The notes under the pieces were generated by a model that saw only the letters and a list, made by a program, of their open reading frames with translations, ran no database searches and was not told where the DNA came from. Below are positions 53,113 to 64,000 of a stretch of DNA of 64,000 bases, piece after piece. Origin of the DNA: Diplonema japonicum. Its lineage: Eukaryota; Protista; Euglenozoa: Diplonemea. Location: assembly GCA_964019335.1 (NCBI GenBank), contig OZ025725.1, forward strand, positions 372,001 through 436,000, read 5' to 3'. The translations under genes and the position numbers were made by a program. Within the stretch, counting starts at the first letter, position 1. Every line of letters begins with the position of its first letter.

Positions 53113-54330
53113 ATGCCGAGAAAGCTAGGTAACCGGGCACATGTTAAAGTGATAGGTTGGAAGGGGAAGGTCAAGGTCGTGCACCCTGTGGCGACACTGG
53201 CACTGATAGGGGGTGAGGAGCACCCGGCAGCTGGTGTGTACGAGGTGACCGAGGACGGTGAAGTGTTTGAAAGGAGTGATCCACAATATGTACTGAGGTG
53301 GGAGGGGTGCAAGTGGGTGGCGTACCCCGCAGGTGGCTATGACAAAGTGCTGACAATTGCCGATGCGTCTGATGACGACAAGTTCCGCATTGCCGCACGC
53401 ACCCCGTGGTGCTTAAGCTTCGGAACCCGTGACCAGGACAAGAACACTTCCATATCCCGGCTCCTCGAGAAGTGGGTAGAGGCTGTAGGCGGTGCCTCCG
53501 CGATCACCGATGACACGAAGCCCCCTTTTTTCCAAATCCCCAAGCACCCTCTCACCCCTGCGATCACTCCTTTGCACCACGCCCTCCAGCCAAACATCCC
53601 CGCACCCACCATCTCCATCACATCGTCTTGCAAGAAGTCCACCCGCACATGTGTGCAAGCCCCTTGCATCAGCCCCCCCGCCCTTGACGCCCACGCAATC
53701 GAACACATCGAATCTTTCCGCCAGCACTGCGAGGACTACTACAGCACCGTCTTCGACGCGAAGCGCCCCGACGCCCCTCGCACGCTTAAGAAGAAGGTCA
53801 TCAAAAAGTTCCAAATGTACAAGAATGAGCAAGAGTGCAGGGTGAGCCACCACCTGCGAACCGTCAACGGGTGCGACCTGTCCTTCATGGACTACACGAA
53901 CGTGGGCAAGATCAAAATGGCGCGCAGGGATGTGCAGGTCATCTCCCTGAAGGGCAACCTTCTGTCAGACCTGAGTGGCTTGTGCTCGTTCGTAGGTGGC
54001 GTCACAGATTTCAAGTCTTTAAGGTTGCTTGACCTGAGTGGGAACCTGCTAACTTCTTTGGATGCCAGTCTGGGCGTCCTTGTGTCGCTGTGCACACTGC
54101 TGTGCCACAAGAACGCCTTCGTCTGTGAGGACAGTGTGTCTGCCCTCAAGGGATGCCCCTCACTCACTGCGCTCACGCTGTACGGCTGCCCTTTCGAAGA
54201 GAGGCATTCATGTTACAAGCGGACCATCGTGAGCCTGCTTCCGCAGCTCAGAAAGCTCGACTACTGTTGCTTAACAGCAGCAGACTTCCACCTGCAGCGG
54301 TGGGCCTTACCAAAAGCAATGCAGCGCTGA
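53113..54330 (+). CDS. Leucine-rich repeat protein (LRRC51/SDS22-like C-terminus)
   Basis: ISLKGNLLSDL, LRLLDLSGNLLTSL, LTALTLYGCPF, YKRTIVSLLPQLRKLD LRR cap. Confidence 0.82.
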   Translation: MPRKLGNRAHVKVIGWKGKVKVVHPVATLALIGGEEHPAAGVYEVTEDGEVFERSDPQYVLRWEGCKWVAYPAGGYDKVLTIADASDDDKFRIAARTPWCLSFGTRDQDKNTSISRLLEKWVEAVGGASAITDDTKPPFFQIPKHPLTPAITPLHHALQPNIPAPTISITSSCKKSTRTCVQAPCISPPALDAHAIEHIESFRQHCEDYYSTVFDAKRPDAPRTLKKKVIKKFQMYKNEQECRVSHHLRTVNGCDLSFMDYTNVGKIKMARRDVQVISLKGNLLSDLSGLCSFVGGVTDFKSLRLLDLSGNLLTSLDASLGVLVSLCTLLCHKNAFVCEDSVSALKGCPSLTALTLYGCPFEERHSCYKRTIVSLLPQLRKLDYCCLTAADFHLQRWALPKAMQR

Positions 54331-54395
54331 CCTTTGTTTTGCTAAAGGTTCTATTCTTTTCCAACGCACCCTTCCTTAAAATTGAATAAGGATAT

Positions 54396-54986
54396 ATGGC
54401 GGAGCCCAACGAGACTGTGCTGAATAGCGTGAAGAGCTGCATAACAAAGATAACGGAATGGAACCAGCAGGCCTGCAGCAGCGAGCTGGGGTTCAATATA
54501 GCCGAGCTCCCTGACACTGTGTTCGATGAGATGCTGCAGGCAGTTAGCGAAGTGCTTGCTTGTGGCAGCCACGAGGAAGTCGTCAGTGTGTGGGCGAAGG
54601 AAGGCGGTGTGAGCTGCGCTGCGATCCTGCTGAATTTCGTTGCCACAAAGCACAAGGATGCCGACGCCCTTCTTTTGCCGACTCTGCAGCTTCTAGCCCT
54701 TTCCCCCAATGCGTATGCGCTCAACAAGTCCCACGCAGCCGATCTCCTCTTCGGAAGCCCAGAGGGAAGCTGCAAACCTGTTGAGCAAGTTGTCCAGCAT
54801 CTCGAATGTGCTCTTGATACTTCCCGGTCCGATGTTAATAAAGAGATCATTGCCATGTGCTGCAAAGCACTGACAGCAATCACCACCAGAGGGGTGCCAG
54901 CAGCTACCTTTAACAAGATGGCGGGCCCTTTGATATACCTAGATGCAGTGCAAACCTGCTCCCTGAGTACCGCTTTGCCCTTTTAG
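54396..54986 (+). CDS. Hypothetical alpha-helical protein
   Basis: Intact ORF in tandem array with coding-like composition. Confidence 0.6.
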   Translation: MAEPNETVLNSVKSCITKITEWNQQACSSELGFNIAELPDTVFDEMLQAVSEVLACGSHEEVVSVWAKEGGVSCAAILLNFVATKHKDADALLLPTLQLLALSPNAYALNKSHAADLLFGSPEGSCKPVEQVVQHLECALDTSRSDVNKEIIAMCCKALTAITTRGVPAATFNKMAGPLIYLDAVQTCSLSTALPF

Positions 54987-55331
54987 TTTCTTTTGTCGCT
55001 TTTGCAAAAAAAAAAAAAGAAAAAAAAAAAGAAAAAGGAAAAAAGGTGAATATTTATCCATTTCAAGCATTCCCTGTTCCATATAAAGTCGAAATCCGTA
55101 CACAGTACAATTGGCCACTGCCCCGTTGTTCGCTGTTTTCGTCCGGTGCGGGTGAGGCAGAAATTCTTGCCGACAATCGCAATGGGGACCACCGACACCG
55201 ATCTGTTCGTCCATCTTGGGCTTGTCGCCGTCACTGTCACTGGTGTTCAGGAATCTGCTTCGTCGCGTTCTCTGCGCCTTGCCCACCCTGCAATGACATT
55301 CACTTTACAGTAAAAAAAAAAAAAAAAAGAA

Positions 55332-57726
55332 ATGCCACCCAAGTCACGCTGCGGCAGCCGCCCTGGCAGCTCCTTGATCCAGGCACCAAGAAGAAAAAGC
55401 AAGGCAAGAAAGCGGGGTTCGAACCAGTCGGGCTTGCATAGATTGTCAGATGCGCAGTCAGTGGGGAGCCAACCTGATAAGATAAGCGAGTCTGAAGTGG
55501 TGGAGGATATTACAGAGGAAGAAATGAACAAGAGACAGGGCCAAGAGGAGCAAGTGGCCGACCAGAAACAAGAACAAGAACAACAACAAGAAGACGAAAA
55601 ACCGCAAGATGAACAACCCAGCGCACCACGGCATCCCACCTTGACCCCTGAGCAGGCAGCCGCAGCACGAATGAGGACACAACAAGACGCCTTCGATGAG
55701 ATGGACGTCAACGGCGACGGAGCCATCGACAAGGATGAGATGCGCGACGGCCTCGTGGAACTGGGCGTGGTGGGTGCTGAGGTTGACGACGTGAACCGGT
55801 TCTTCCTCACAGGCAGGTCCAGCCTCTCTTTCGACGATTTCGTAGGTGGCGACATCTTCACAGAACTAAAGAAGCTCCGGAAAGAGAAGGCCGCTGAAGA
55901 CATCGCCAGCTACGAAGAACTGAAAGCCATGTCGCACCGAGGCACCTTCGTCCCTGACAGAGTCCTAAGGATCATCATCGAGTACTGCCCCATCGACTCT
56001 TTGCGTATGGTGGGCTGCACATCTGTGACCCTGCGCAAATGGGGATGTCATAATGAATACTGGAAAGCAGCCCTCTTAAAGAGAAGGAGGCTGGAGCAAG
56101 CCATGAAAATCACGCTGTTCTCACTACCTGAGGTCAAAGTCACAGGCAGCTACTACGAGTGGTACGTCGAGTGGGTGCGGGAGGTGTCGTCGGAAAATGG
56201 CGCAAAGCTATGGGTGAGAAGGATCAAAAGCGAGCTTATGAACGATGGGGAGGTTCATGAGATAGCGGTGGCGAAGCCGTGCACTGTGGTGTGCGTTTTG
56301 AACTCTGTGGTAGTACCTCTGCCAGCTGCCCCAACAACACCACTTGGAGCGGACAAGGTCGAGGAGACTGCACAAGATGTGAAAAAAGATACCCCAAAAG
56401 AGGGAATAGAAGACAACGACGTGCCACCGCCACCACCCCCCGAGCTGCCCACAGTGTTGGTGGGGGATGAGATAGGTACTGTGAACGTGCATACCATCAC
56501 AGCCCCCGACACACCGACGGTGCAGCTGCAAGAAAACGACGGTGTCATCACCGCCATCACCTACAACAACAACTTCATCTACGTCGGCAGTGCCGACTGC
56601 ACCGTCACCGTCTGGGATAGGGCGGATTTAGTGAGGCCTGTCTTCAACCTGATCGGGCACAAGGAAGCCATCTCCACTTTGGTATGCATGCCGTCATAAC
56701 ATTACACTATAGGTTGTTGCGGAATGGGACCCAAAGATTGTCGTATCAGGGTCCATGGACCGAACAGTGGTGATGTGGAACAAGCTTGAAAAAGCAAAGG
56801 CGAAGAAGAAGTCCGACGCAGGCTTCGCTCAGCAGGTATGTCGGCCCCTCTTCTTCTTTTTTTGCCATCGTTGCTACAGGTGCATGCAAAGCACGTTTTG
56901 GAAGGCCACACAATGAAGGTGACGGAAGTACTTGTCCTAAAGCAGTGCGTCCTGTCAGCATCACGCGACTGTCTGATTATAGGGTGGAGCTGGACTGGCG
57001 AGCAGGTGATAAAAATGGAAGGGCACATGGGGCCTGTCAACGCCCTCAAGCTGTTGGTATCACCGCACCCGAAAACAGAAATAGAGGGACCAATAGATAC
57101 AAGGAAACAGAGCAGCCCCCCTGCAGAGGCGGGACGAGACAGGAAAACCAGCACCGTAGGACAAGATGACATGCTGGTGTCTGCGTGCGGGGGTGGACTG
57201 GTGAAAGGATGGAACCTCAAAGGAAAGCAGGTGCTTACAAAGAAGTTGCACGAGTCTCCGATCGAGACGATAGAAGTATGCGCAGTACTGCGAGTGGTGG
57301 TGACGGGGTCATGGGACAACACCCTGTGCATCATGAACCTGGTATGCTGACTATTTGTTATCTTTATAAATAAATACACAGGACACAGAAATAGTCCTGG
57401 CACAGCTGAAAGGACACAACGGCATGGTGCGAAGCATCATTCTCGATCCGCACAGAAGGCGAGTCATCACAGGCAGCGATGACAAGTCCGTTGGCATTTG
57501 GAGCTTCAGCTCAGTGTCCCTGGAATCTAAAAGCAAGGTTATCCTCTCACCGCACTATTTGCTGACAGGTGCTAAAGCACCCATCACAGATATGACGCTG
57601 GTCAAGGATCACAAGGAACACTGGTATTCCCTGTTCGTCGGTGTTAAGGACAAAGTGTTGTACCACTGGTGCTTCCTGCCTGATTCACATCTGCAGAATA
57701 CAATAATACCTGTAAAAAGATCGTAG
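55332..57726 (+). CDS. EF-hand/F-box-like/WD40 protein; join(55332..56681,56713..56835,56880..57341,57382..57726)
   Basis: DVNGDGAIDKDE; VPDRVLRIIIEYC F-box-like; GH..WD repeats restored by three GTATGY..AG introns of 31, 44 and 40 nt. Confidence 0.87.
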
Positions 57727-57813
57727 CGATGCGCTCTTTTTTCCAAGAGACGCGCATGGTGATTATTCGATGCCTCTCACCCTTCGGGGTCAGCAAGAAA
57801 TTAGAGCAGGGAC

Positions 57814-59646
57814 ATGGAGGACAGCCAGCTCAGCAACATGGATGGAAGGTGGGCAACTATGGTTGATGAGCTCCTTGAAAATAAGGAAAGCAGCGATGGC
57901 GAGCTCCCGCCGCCACTGCTGACAAAACGCCCTAGAGGAGGGAGAAGGGCGCGGAATAGGAATAAATGGGACAGCGCTAGCAGCACGCCCTGCAGTGCAC
58001 CGCCATCGACAACCTCAGCTAGTGTGCATTCGCTGCACCTGTCTAAAGTGCCATTCATGCTGACAGGAGGTGACATAGCATCCACACTTGCACCCTTCCT
58101 CAGCACGCTGTTCAAGGGTGCTGTTCACGTGACGGAGATGATCCCGTACCGATCAAAGCGTTCCGACAAGGGATGCGAAAAAGGGGCCACACCCACATCC
58201 GTGACCCCCGTCACCTCTGAACAGCCCTCGTGCAACGCGTCGCTTGTGTATAACGGACCACCTCCTATGGGCCTCCCTGTCACAGTGCATATGAGCAAGG
58301 AGGGGCACCTCACAGACACCTCGGCACCTGGCGGGTACTCCGTCGTTATCGAGTCGTCTCAAGCATCTCTGCAGATCCTGCGCGACCCCGTGATCACTCT
58401 CTATGGCAAGGTGTACACACTTGACGCAGAGCCTCCTGCAGGGAAGGCCCTCTCGGTGGTCATCGCAGGCATCACAGAGATCTCCCTCAAAGCGGCGCAG
58501 TGCATCAAGTGCACGTCGCACATGTCAACATCAAAACACACAAAAGTGCAGAAAGTGCACTTAACACAGGTACTCATAGAGTGCGCAAACATACAGGACG
58601 CAGAGCTCCTGAGAGAAACCATAAATGAAAAGAAGGTGACAGTAAACAAACAGGTGTATCTGTACTCGGTAGAGTACACGTCGGAGAAGCAAGGCGACAC
58701 GAAGGTCAACATGGCAAGGCCTCTTTTCGTGTCTAAAGAGCATCGGCTGAAACCACCGTCGGAGTGGCCTGCTGAAGCCCTTGCGGCACGAGAAGAAAGT
58801 GCTCACCAGGTTGCTGAAATACGGGATGCGTGGATCAACGGCCGTGAGCTCCTGCTAGGGAAGCCGTCGTCGCCGTGCAGCACGACTACTGCATTCACGA
58901 CACCCACGCACCGTGCAAGCGAGCATGTGCCGGTGCTGGACTTCCCAAGTGACCCGTCTGACGGCCAGAGCATCCTCAGCAGCCAACACAGCACCACTTC
59001 GACACATCCCTCTCAATTAGGTACCCAAGACGTCGCGCCCTTAGTAAAAGCTGCCCTTGCAGCAGTCACAAACAGCGTGGACTTGCCTTGGAACCAAAAG
59101 GCGGCCGTTATGATGGGCGCAGCTGCCTATGCGGTCGTGAGCGGGCACTACCAGCCCGCTACAACTACTGCGACACGTGACGAGTCGTGGCTCAACCTCG
59201 TGAACCAGTTGAACATATCCCTGCCTGCGAGCACGAGTACCAGCACACCACCGGGGCAGGGTCCGGGGTTGGATTCGACAAATCCAAAAATAAGGTGCGT
59301 GAAGTTGTTGAACGTACAATTCACAGACAGCATCCACACAGCGGCACACCCCCTCTGCGACTGCCCAAGTACCAGGTACGGACACGCACTGTATCCACGC
59401 AACATCCACAGCGACGGGAGTACTACAGCCAGCACCACCAGCAGCACCACCAGCTCCTGCACCAGCAGCATTAAAAGCTTGTTTTATATTCCACACAAAC
59501 ACTTGAGAAACAGAATAAAAGCCGACAGCGTCTCTTTCCCATGTCTGCCGCACACATGTGCCGTGCTGCGGGGCCAGCAGCTGGTAGATCTGGAGGTATC
59601 ACCTCCGTTGATAGTGGTAGTTTTGGTTTGGACAAAAAATGCTTAA
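57814..59646 (+). CDS. Hypothetical protein (610 aa), Ser/Thr-rich, possibly degenerate RRM-like segments
   Basis: Long intact ORF; no confident domain. Confidence 0.7.
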   Translation: MEDSQLSNMDGRWATMVDELLENKESSDGELPPPLLTKRPRGGRRARNRNKWDSASSTPCSAPPSTTSASVHSLHLSKVPFMLTGGDIASTLAPFLSTLFKGAVHVTEMIPYRSKRSDKGCEKGATPTSVTPVTSEQPSCNASLVYNGPPPMGLPVTVHMSKEGHLTDTSAPGGYSVVIESSQASLQILRDPVITLYGKVYTLDAEPPAGKALSVVIAGITEISLKAAQCIKCTSHMSTSKHTKVQKVHLTQVLIECANIQDAELLRETINEKKVTVNKQVYLYSVEYTSEKQGDTKVNMARPLFVSKEHRLKPPSEWPAEALAAREESAHQVAEIRDAWINGRELLLGKPSSPCSTTTAFTTPTHRASEHVPVLDFPSDPSDGQSILSSQHSTTSTHPSQLGTQDVAPLVKAALAAVTNSVDLPWNQKAAVMMGAAAYAVVSGHYQPATTTATRDESWLNLVNQLNISLPASTSTSTPPGQGPGLDSTNPKIRCVKLLNVQFTDSIHTAAHPLCDCPSTRYGHALYPRNIHSDGSTTASTTSSTTSSCTSSIKSLFYIPHKHLRNRIKADSVSFPCLPHTCAVLRGQQLVDLEVSPPLIVVVLVWTKNA

Positions 59647-59686
59647 TCTTTTTTGAATAAAAAAAAAAAAAAAAAAAGAAAGGCAG

Positions 59687-60335
59687 ATGGGGGCAAACAT
59701 GGAGGATAAGCTGGAAAGCATGTGGACGCTGTGGTACGAGAAGAGAGAGCAAACGAAGCAGCACCAGCTGACGGAGAAGGAGTGGGACAGCAGTATTAGG
59801 AAAATAGGCGGGTTCGAGACTTTAGAGGGGTTTTTTCTGTACTACTCAAACCTGCAACGGCCGTCGGCGCTGGCGAAGCAGACGAGCTACTACCTGTTCA
59901 GAGGAGAACTGAAGCCCACGTGGGAAAACTACCCCGATGGGGGGCACTGGACTGTGTCACTCTCAAAAAGCTTTGAGCCAACACAGCTAGACAGGTTGTG
60001 GGAACAGCTGGCCTTCGCGCTCATTGGTGAAGAGTTCAATTCACCGCACCTTGTCGGCGCAGTGCTCTCTGTTAAGAAGGACTGCACCACCGTTTCCCTG
60101 TGGAGTGACAAGGACAAGACAAAGTATGTGTAACTAGGTATATTTAGTACCTTTAACGACACCTCACAGGTTCTCCATAGGCGATAACCTCCGTTCTGTG
60201 CTCAACCTTGGGCTTAACGTACTTGTTGAATACAAAACACAGGCAGAATCTATCAAGGATGCAACAGGCAGAGGCGGTGAGGCGTACGTAATCAAGACTC
60301 CGAATATTAGAGCTGGTGACGGTGTGTCGGTATGA
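59687..60335 (+). CDS. eIF4E: Cap-binding translation initiation factor 4E family protein; join(59687..60123,60170..60335)
   Basis: LESMWTLWY, FETLEGFF, YYLFRGELKPTWE...GGHW, LWEQLAFALIGEEF, VSLW. A 46-nt intron restores IGDNLRSVLNL..EYK. Confidence 0.92.
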
Positions 60336-60339
60336 GGGG

Positions 60340-60370
<31 letters not shown>

Positions 60371-60750
60371 CCCCCTGCGATGGACCTTGCTGTTGACACG
60401 GACGTCCCTGAAGAAGATAGATGAAAAAAAAAATAATGAGAAAATAAAAAAAAAAAGAAAAAAAGGAACAAAGTGTGTATTTTTTTTTGATTTTGATTTT
60501 TTTTTTCTTCGTGGTGAAAAAGCAACATATATTCGGTTTCTTCTTCACCCCCCCCCCCTTTTTTATTTCTCTGACTGTTTTTTTTTATTTTTTTTTTATT
60601 TTACCCAATTGTTACATAACAAACCCCTTTTTTATTATTATTTATTTTCTACCCTTTTTTTTATTGTCTTTTAAAAAAAAAAAACAAAAAGCAAAATGAA
60701 AGTACAAAAAAATGAAATTTTTTATGTCCCCCCCGTTGCAGTATATTTGG

Positions 60751-60923
60751 AAAAAGTAATTTAGAGACCAGATGTGTTCGTTCATTTTTTTTGAACTTTT
60801 TGTTGGTTCATAAAGATCACAGAACGTTCCGTGGTTTAAAATACAACAAAAATACTTCTCGACAGGTTTTCGTGGTATTTTAAAGACGGAAAAAGATTTT
60901 TTTGGTCTCTAAAATTACTTTTT
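60751..60923. repeat. Nested inverted repeats (fold-back/MITE-like)
   Basis: AAAAAGTAATTTAGAGACCA (60751-60770) versus TGGTCTCTAAAATTACTTTTT (60903-60923). Inner hairpin 60827-60891. Confidence 0.5.
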
Positions 60924-60996
60924 TCTCCCTTTTTATTTTTTATTTTTTGATCTCCGTAAGAGGGGATTTCCTGAAGGTTTGCGCAAGTACGATGAG

Positions 60997-61037
<41 letters not shown>

Positions 61038-61182
61038 ATTTGAGAGAAACAAAAAAAAAAAAAAGGAAAAGAGGGTGGGCCGCTTACTTAAAGATTTTTT
61101 CCCCTCGTTTTTTTTTTTTTTTTTTTCTTCTTCTTGGTCTTCCCCTCTTCCCCGCCATTCCATTTACAGGTGGGAGCGACAG

Positions 61183-62940
61183 ATGGGAGGCGGGAGCACC
61201 AAAGAAGCGAAAAAACAGCAGGATGAGATAGAAACGAAGCTTCACTCAGAGTTGGTGAGAATCGTGTCGGTATTACAAAAAAAAAAACAAAAAAAAAAAA
61301 AACAAAAAAAAGGAAACACACTTCGAACTCCTGACCCCGCAGTATGTTGGTAAGAAGGTGGAAGACGTCATGCAGCTACGGCTGACGAAAGAACAGCAAA
61401 CACAAGTAAGAGAACACATCGAAAAGGTCCTGCAAGGGCACTTCAGAAACCAATACAAAATATACGAGATACTCGGAAAAGGTGGCTACAGCGTAGTCCA
61501 TTCCTGTGTGAGGAACAAGGATCAGTCCAACCAGGCAGTGAAAATCATCGACAAGCAAAAACTGTCCAAAAACGCATTGAAATCACTTAAAGAAGAAATC
61601 GCCACTATGCGTGCCTTAGCACACCCACGGCTAATCGCCCTACGGGACGTCTTCGACCACGGCAGCACCATGTACCTAGTGATAGAGAAAGTAGAAGGCG
61701 GTGAACTATTCGATGAAATCGTAAGGCTTCAAAAGTACAGCGAACGCCTCGCTGCTGAGATTCTTTACAACTTCCTGGACGGCCTGCAATACATGCACCA
61801 TCAAGGATACGTTCATAGAGATATAAAACCGGAAAACATCCTCCTGCTCCACAAACCCAAGCACCCCAACGACATATGCAGCGAGCTTAAAATCGCCGAC
61901 TTCGGTTTCGCCGCCAAAATTAACGAGGAAGAAACGCTTAAAACATGTTGCGGTACACCACGGTACATCTCACCAGAGGTGCTTAATGCGGGGCTCTTCC
62001 AAAAAATAAAGGGTTACGGAAAGACATGTGACATATGGGCGGCGGGGGTTATCGCGTACATTTTGCTTTTCGGAAAAGCGCCGTTTTACCATAGGGACAG
62101 AAACCAACTGTGGCATCACATAACCAACGGGCTGTGGTCGATGCCGCCCGACGCTGACAAGCTGTCAGCAGAAGCAATTGATTTCATCAATAATCTAATA
62201 GTTGTTGATAGGAGGAAACGGTTCACTGTCGATCAAGCGATCAACCACCCGTTCATTGCAGACAGGAACAAGGTGAAAGAGGACAATCATCTTGGAGCAG
62301 CTCTTGAAAACCTTGTAGAGTTCAACGCGAAGGAGAAATTCAAGGCAGCGGTCTTCGGCATACAGTCGCTTTCAAGAGTTGCTTACATTAAAAAATGTTT
62401 GGACCTGGGAGTGAAGGCCAACACGGGTCTTATAAAAAGCATGGACAATGGCGATTTGGGCGACGATACTAGGGATCTTGACTTAACCCGAAACTATGTT
62501 GGTACCAAGGGCCTCTGCGCGGTCTTAGAGATGATCAACGAAGGCTGCCCCAACCTCCAAAGTGTAAACTTAAACGGATGCAATGTCAATAATTCTGTCA
62601 TCACCCTGCTTGTTGATGTTGCCGCCAAGCACCCTACGCTGTCGTCGATAGACTTGTGTAACAATCCGTTGTATGTAAAAGAAAAAGAAAAAAAAATGTG
62701 AATAATTTTTCTTGCAGGTCATACAAAGCTGGAATGATGCTTCTCGGTCTTAGCAAAGCCAACACTCGCATCAAAGAAATCAAGCTTGAAAATACAAAAG
62801 TCCAGGAGGGTATTTTGAGACAAATTGAAACACAAGTTGAATTGAACAAGTATGAACATGGGGGTAGAAAAAAAAGAAAAAAAATAATAATTGACAGAAG
62901 CGGTAAATTGAAGGATTATTTTGCGCAGCGTCCGCCATAG
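61183..62940 (+). CDS. CAMK-group Ser/Thr kinase with C-terminal LRRs and N-myristoylation-type start; join(61183..61269,61343..62670,62718..62849,62898..62940)
   Basis: MGGGST; LGKGGYSVV, AVKII, GGELFD, HRDIKPEN, DFG, CGTPRYISPE; LDLTRNYVG, VNLNGCNV, IDLCNNPL. The last intron (48 nt) is in frame, so its removal is inferred. Confidence 0.92.
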
Positions 62941-62960
62941 AGGAGGGCGCAGAGGGGTTG

Positions 62961-62999
<39 letters not shown>

Positions 63000-63370
63000 C
63001 AAAGCCGTTGGAGTTTAATGTTATTTTTTTTTTATTTATTGTTCATATCTCTCCATTATATTTTTTTTATTTTTTAAAAGCTTTTTCCCACACCCCCCTT
63101 TTTTTTTTAGTTGCTAGTTTTTTTTTTTATTCACCCCGCATACCCAAGGCCCTTTATGGACCTCCCTCCTTCGTTTTATTTGCTCACCTGCCTCCTTGAG
63201 AAGAGTGAGAGGAGCACCCCCTTTCGTTCTGCAAAAAGAAAAGAGAAAAAAAAAAAAAAAAAAGAAAGAAATAGTTTCAAGAAAGAAGCAATTTCAAAAA
63301 AGAAAAAAAGAAAAAAAAGTTGGGGAAGAACCAATTGTTTTACGATTGCATTTTTTTTGTGTTGTTTATA

Positions 63371-63566
63371 TTTTACGCTCCATATCTCTAAAACCCGTTA
63401 AGCAAAGTCCAAAGAGGGGTATTCTGCAGGGAAAAACGCGGTTTTGATTCGCAAAATCGGGTTTTTTTTTTCCCAGTGTAAATGGAAACGTTGCATGGTG
63501 ACCAGCACCCTCTTTTTTTTTTTCCCCCGTCGTCCTAACGGGTTTTAGAGAGATGAAGCGGGAAAA
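63371..63566. repeat. Imperfect ~32-bp inverted repeat (MITE-like)
   Basis: TTTTACGCTCCATATCTCTAAAACCCGTTAAG versus CCTAACGGGTTTTAGAGAGATGAAGCGGGAAAA. Confidence 0.55.
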
Positions 63567-64000
63567 AAAAAAAAAAAAATGACAAACCGTTAAACATGTC
63601 TTCACCCTCGGCCGTAACCAATCGGTCGTCGCGATGCGATACCTTTTCTTAGTTGTCTCTTTGCCCCCCCCCCCCCCCCCCACAGGTTTGGCTTACCGTC
63701 ACCCCAGTTACTTCCCCACATTGTCGGTTGTCAAGGGGGAGAAGAAAAAAAAAAGAAAGACTTGTGAGGGTCCTGCAAAAGGGCCAGATGGTATAGAACT
63801 CTCTTGGGTTAGATCAGTGTAGCAAAAAGAAGTGGGAAAAGAGGGGAGATGATCTTTCAAAAAAAAAAAGTTTTTTTTTTTGTGCCAGTCTCTTATTTTG
63901 TATTTTTTTTTGTAAGATAGGGAGGAAAAAAAAAAAAAAAAAAAAAAAAGCACAACAACCAGAGACAATTATGAAAATCAAGCAAACAAAAAAAAAAAGA

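Overview
Eukaryotic nuclear DNA, most likely a diplonemid (Euglenozoa); this is inferred, not searched. All ~20 host genes lie head-to-tail on the + strand, several only 40-80 bp apart and preceded by pyrimidine tract + AG, as in polycistronic, trans-spliced units. Tiny GT-AG cis-introns (mostly 31-48 nt, donor GTATGY) and an amastin-like gene are also present. Host genes include a prolyl 4-hydroxylase, a ~5,357-aa spliced DUF3638/DUF3645 helicase-like giant, a double-FYVE protein, WD40 and LRR proteins, a DUF1749 hydrolase, a B-box/metacaspase/EF-hand fusion, NDUFV2, eIF4E and a CAMK-LRR kinase. The best candidate for a novel system is an apparently intact APE-RT non-LTR retrotransposon (about 9307-15940). 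Its ORF1 carries an OTU-type cysteine protease domain. ORF1 and ORF2 are in the same frame, separated by a single TGA, followed after 7 nt by a strong stem-loop, which is the layout of programmed stop-codon readthrough. A divergent relative is cut by the left window edge. The 45-52.5 kb interval holds a Mutator derivative (TIRs, 9-bp TSD, intron-containing transposase relic), an LSU rRNA fragment, a piggyBac end and two Crypton-like elements with the same hairpin + inverted-repeat architecture, one inside an NDUFV2 intron. Intergenic homopolymer lengths may be unreliable. All family assignments come from motif recognition by eye.
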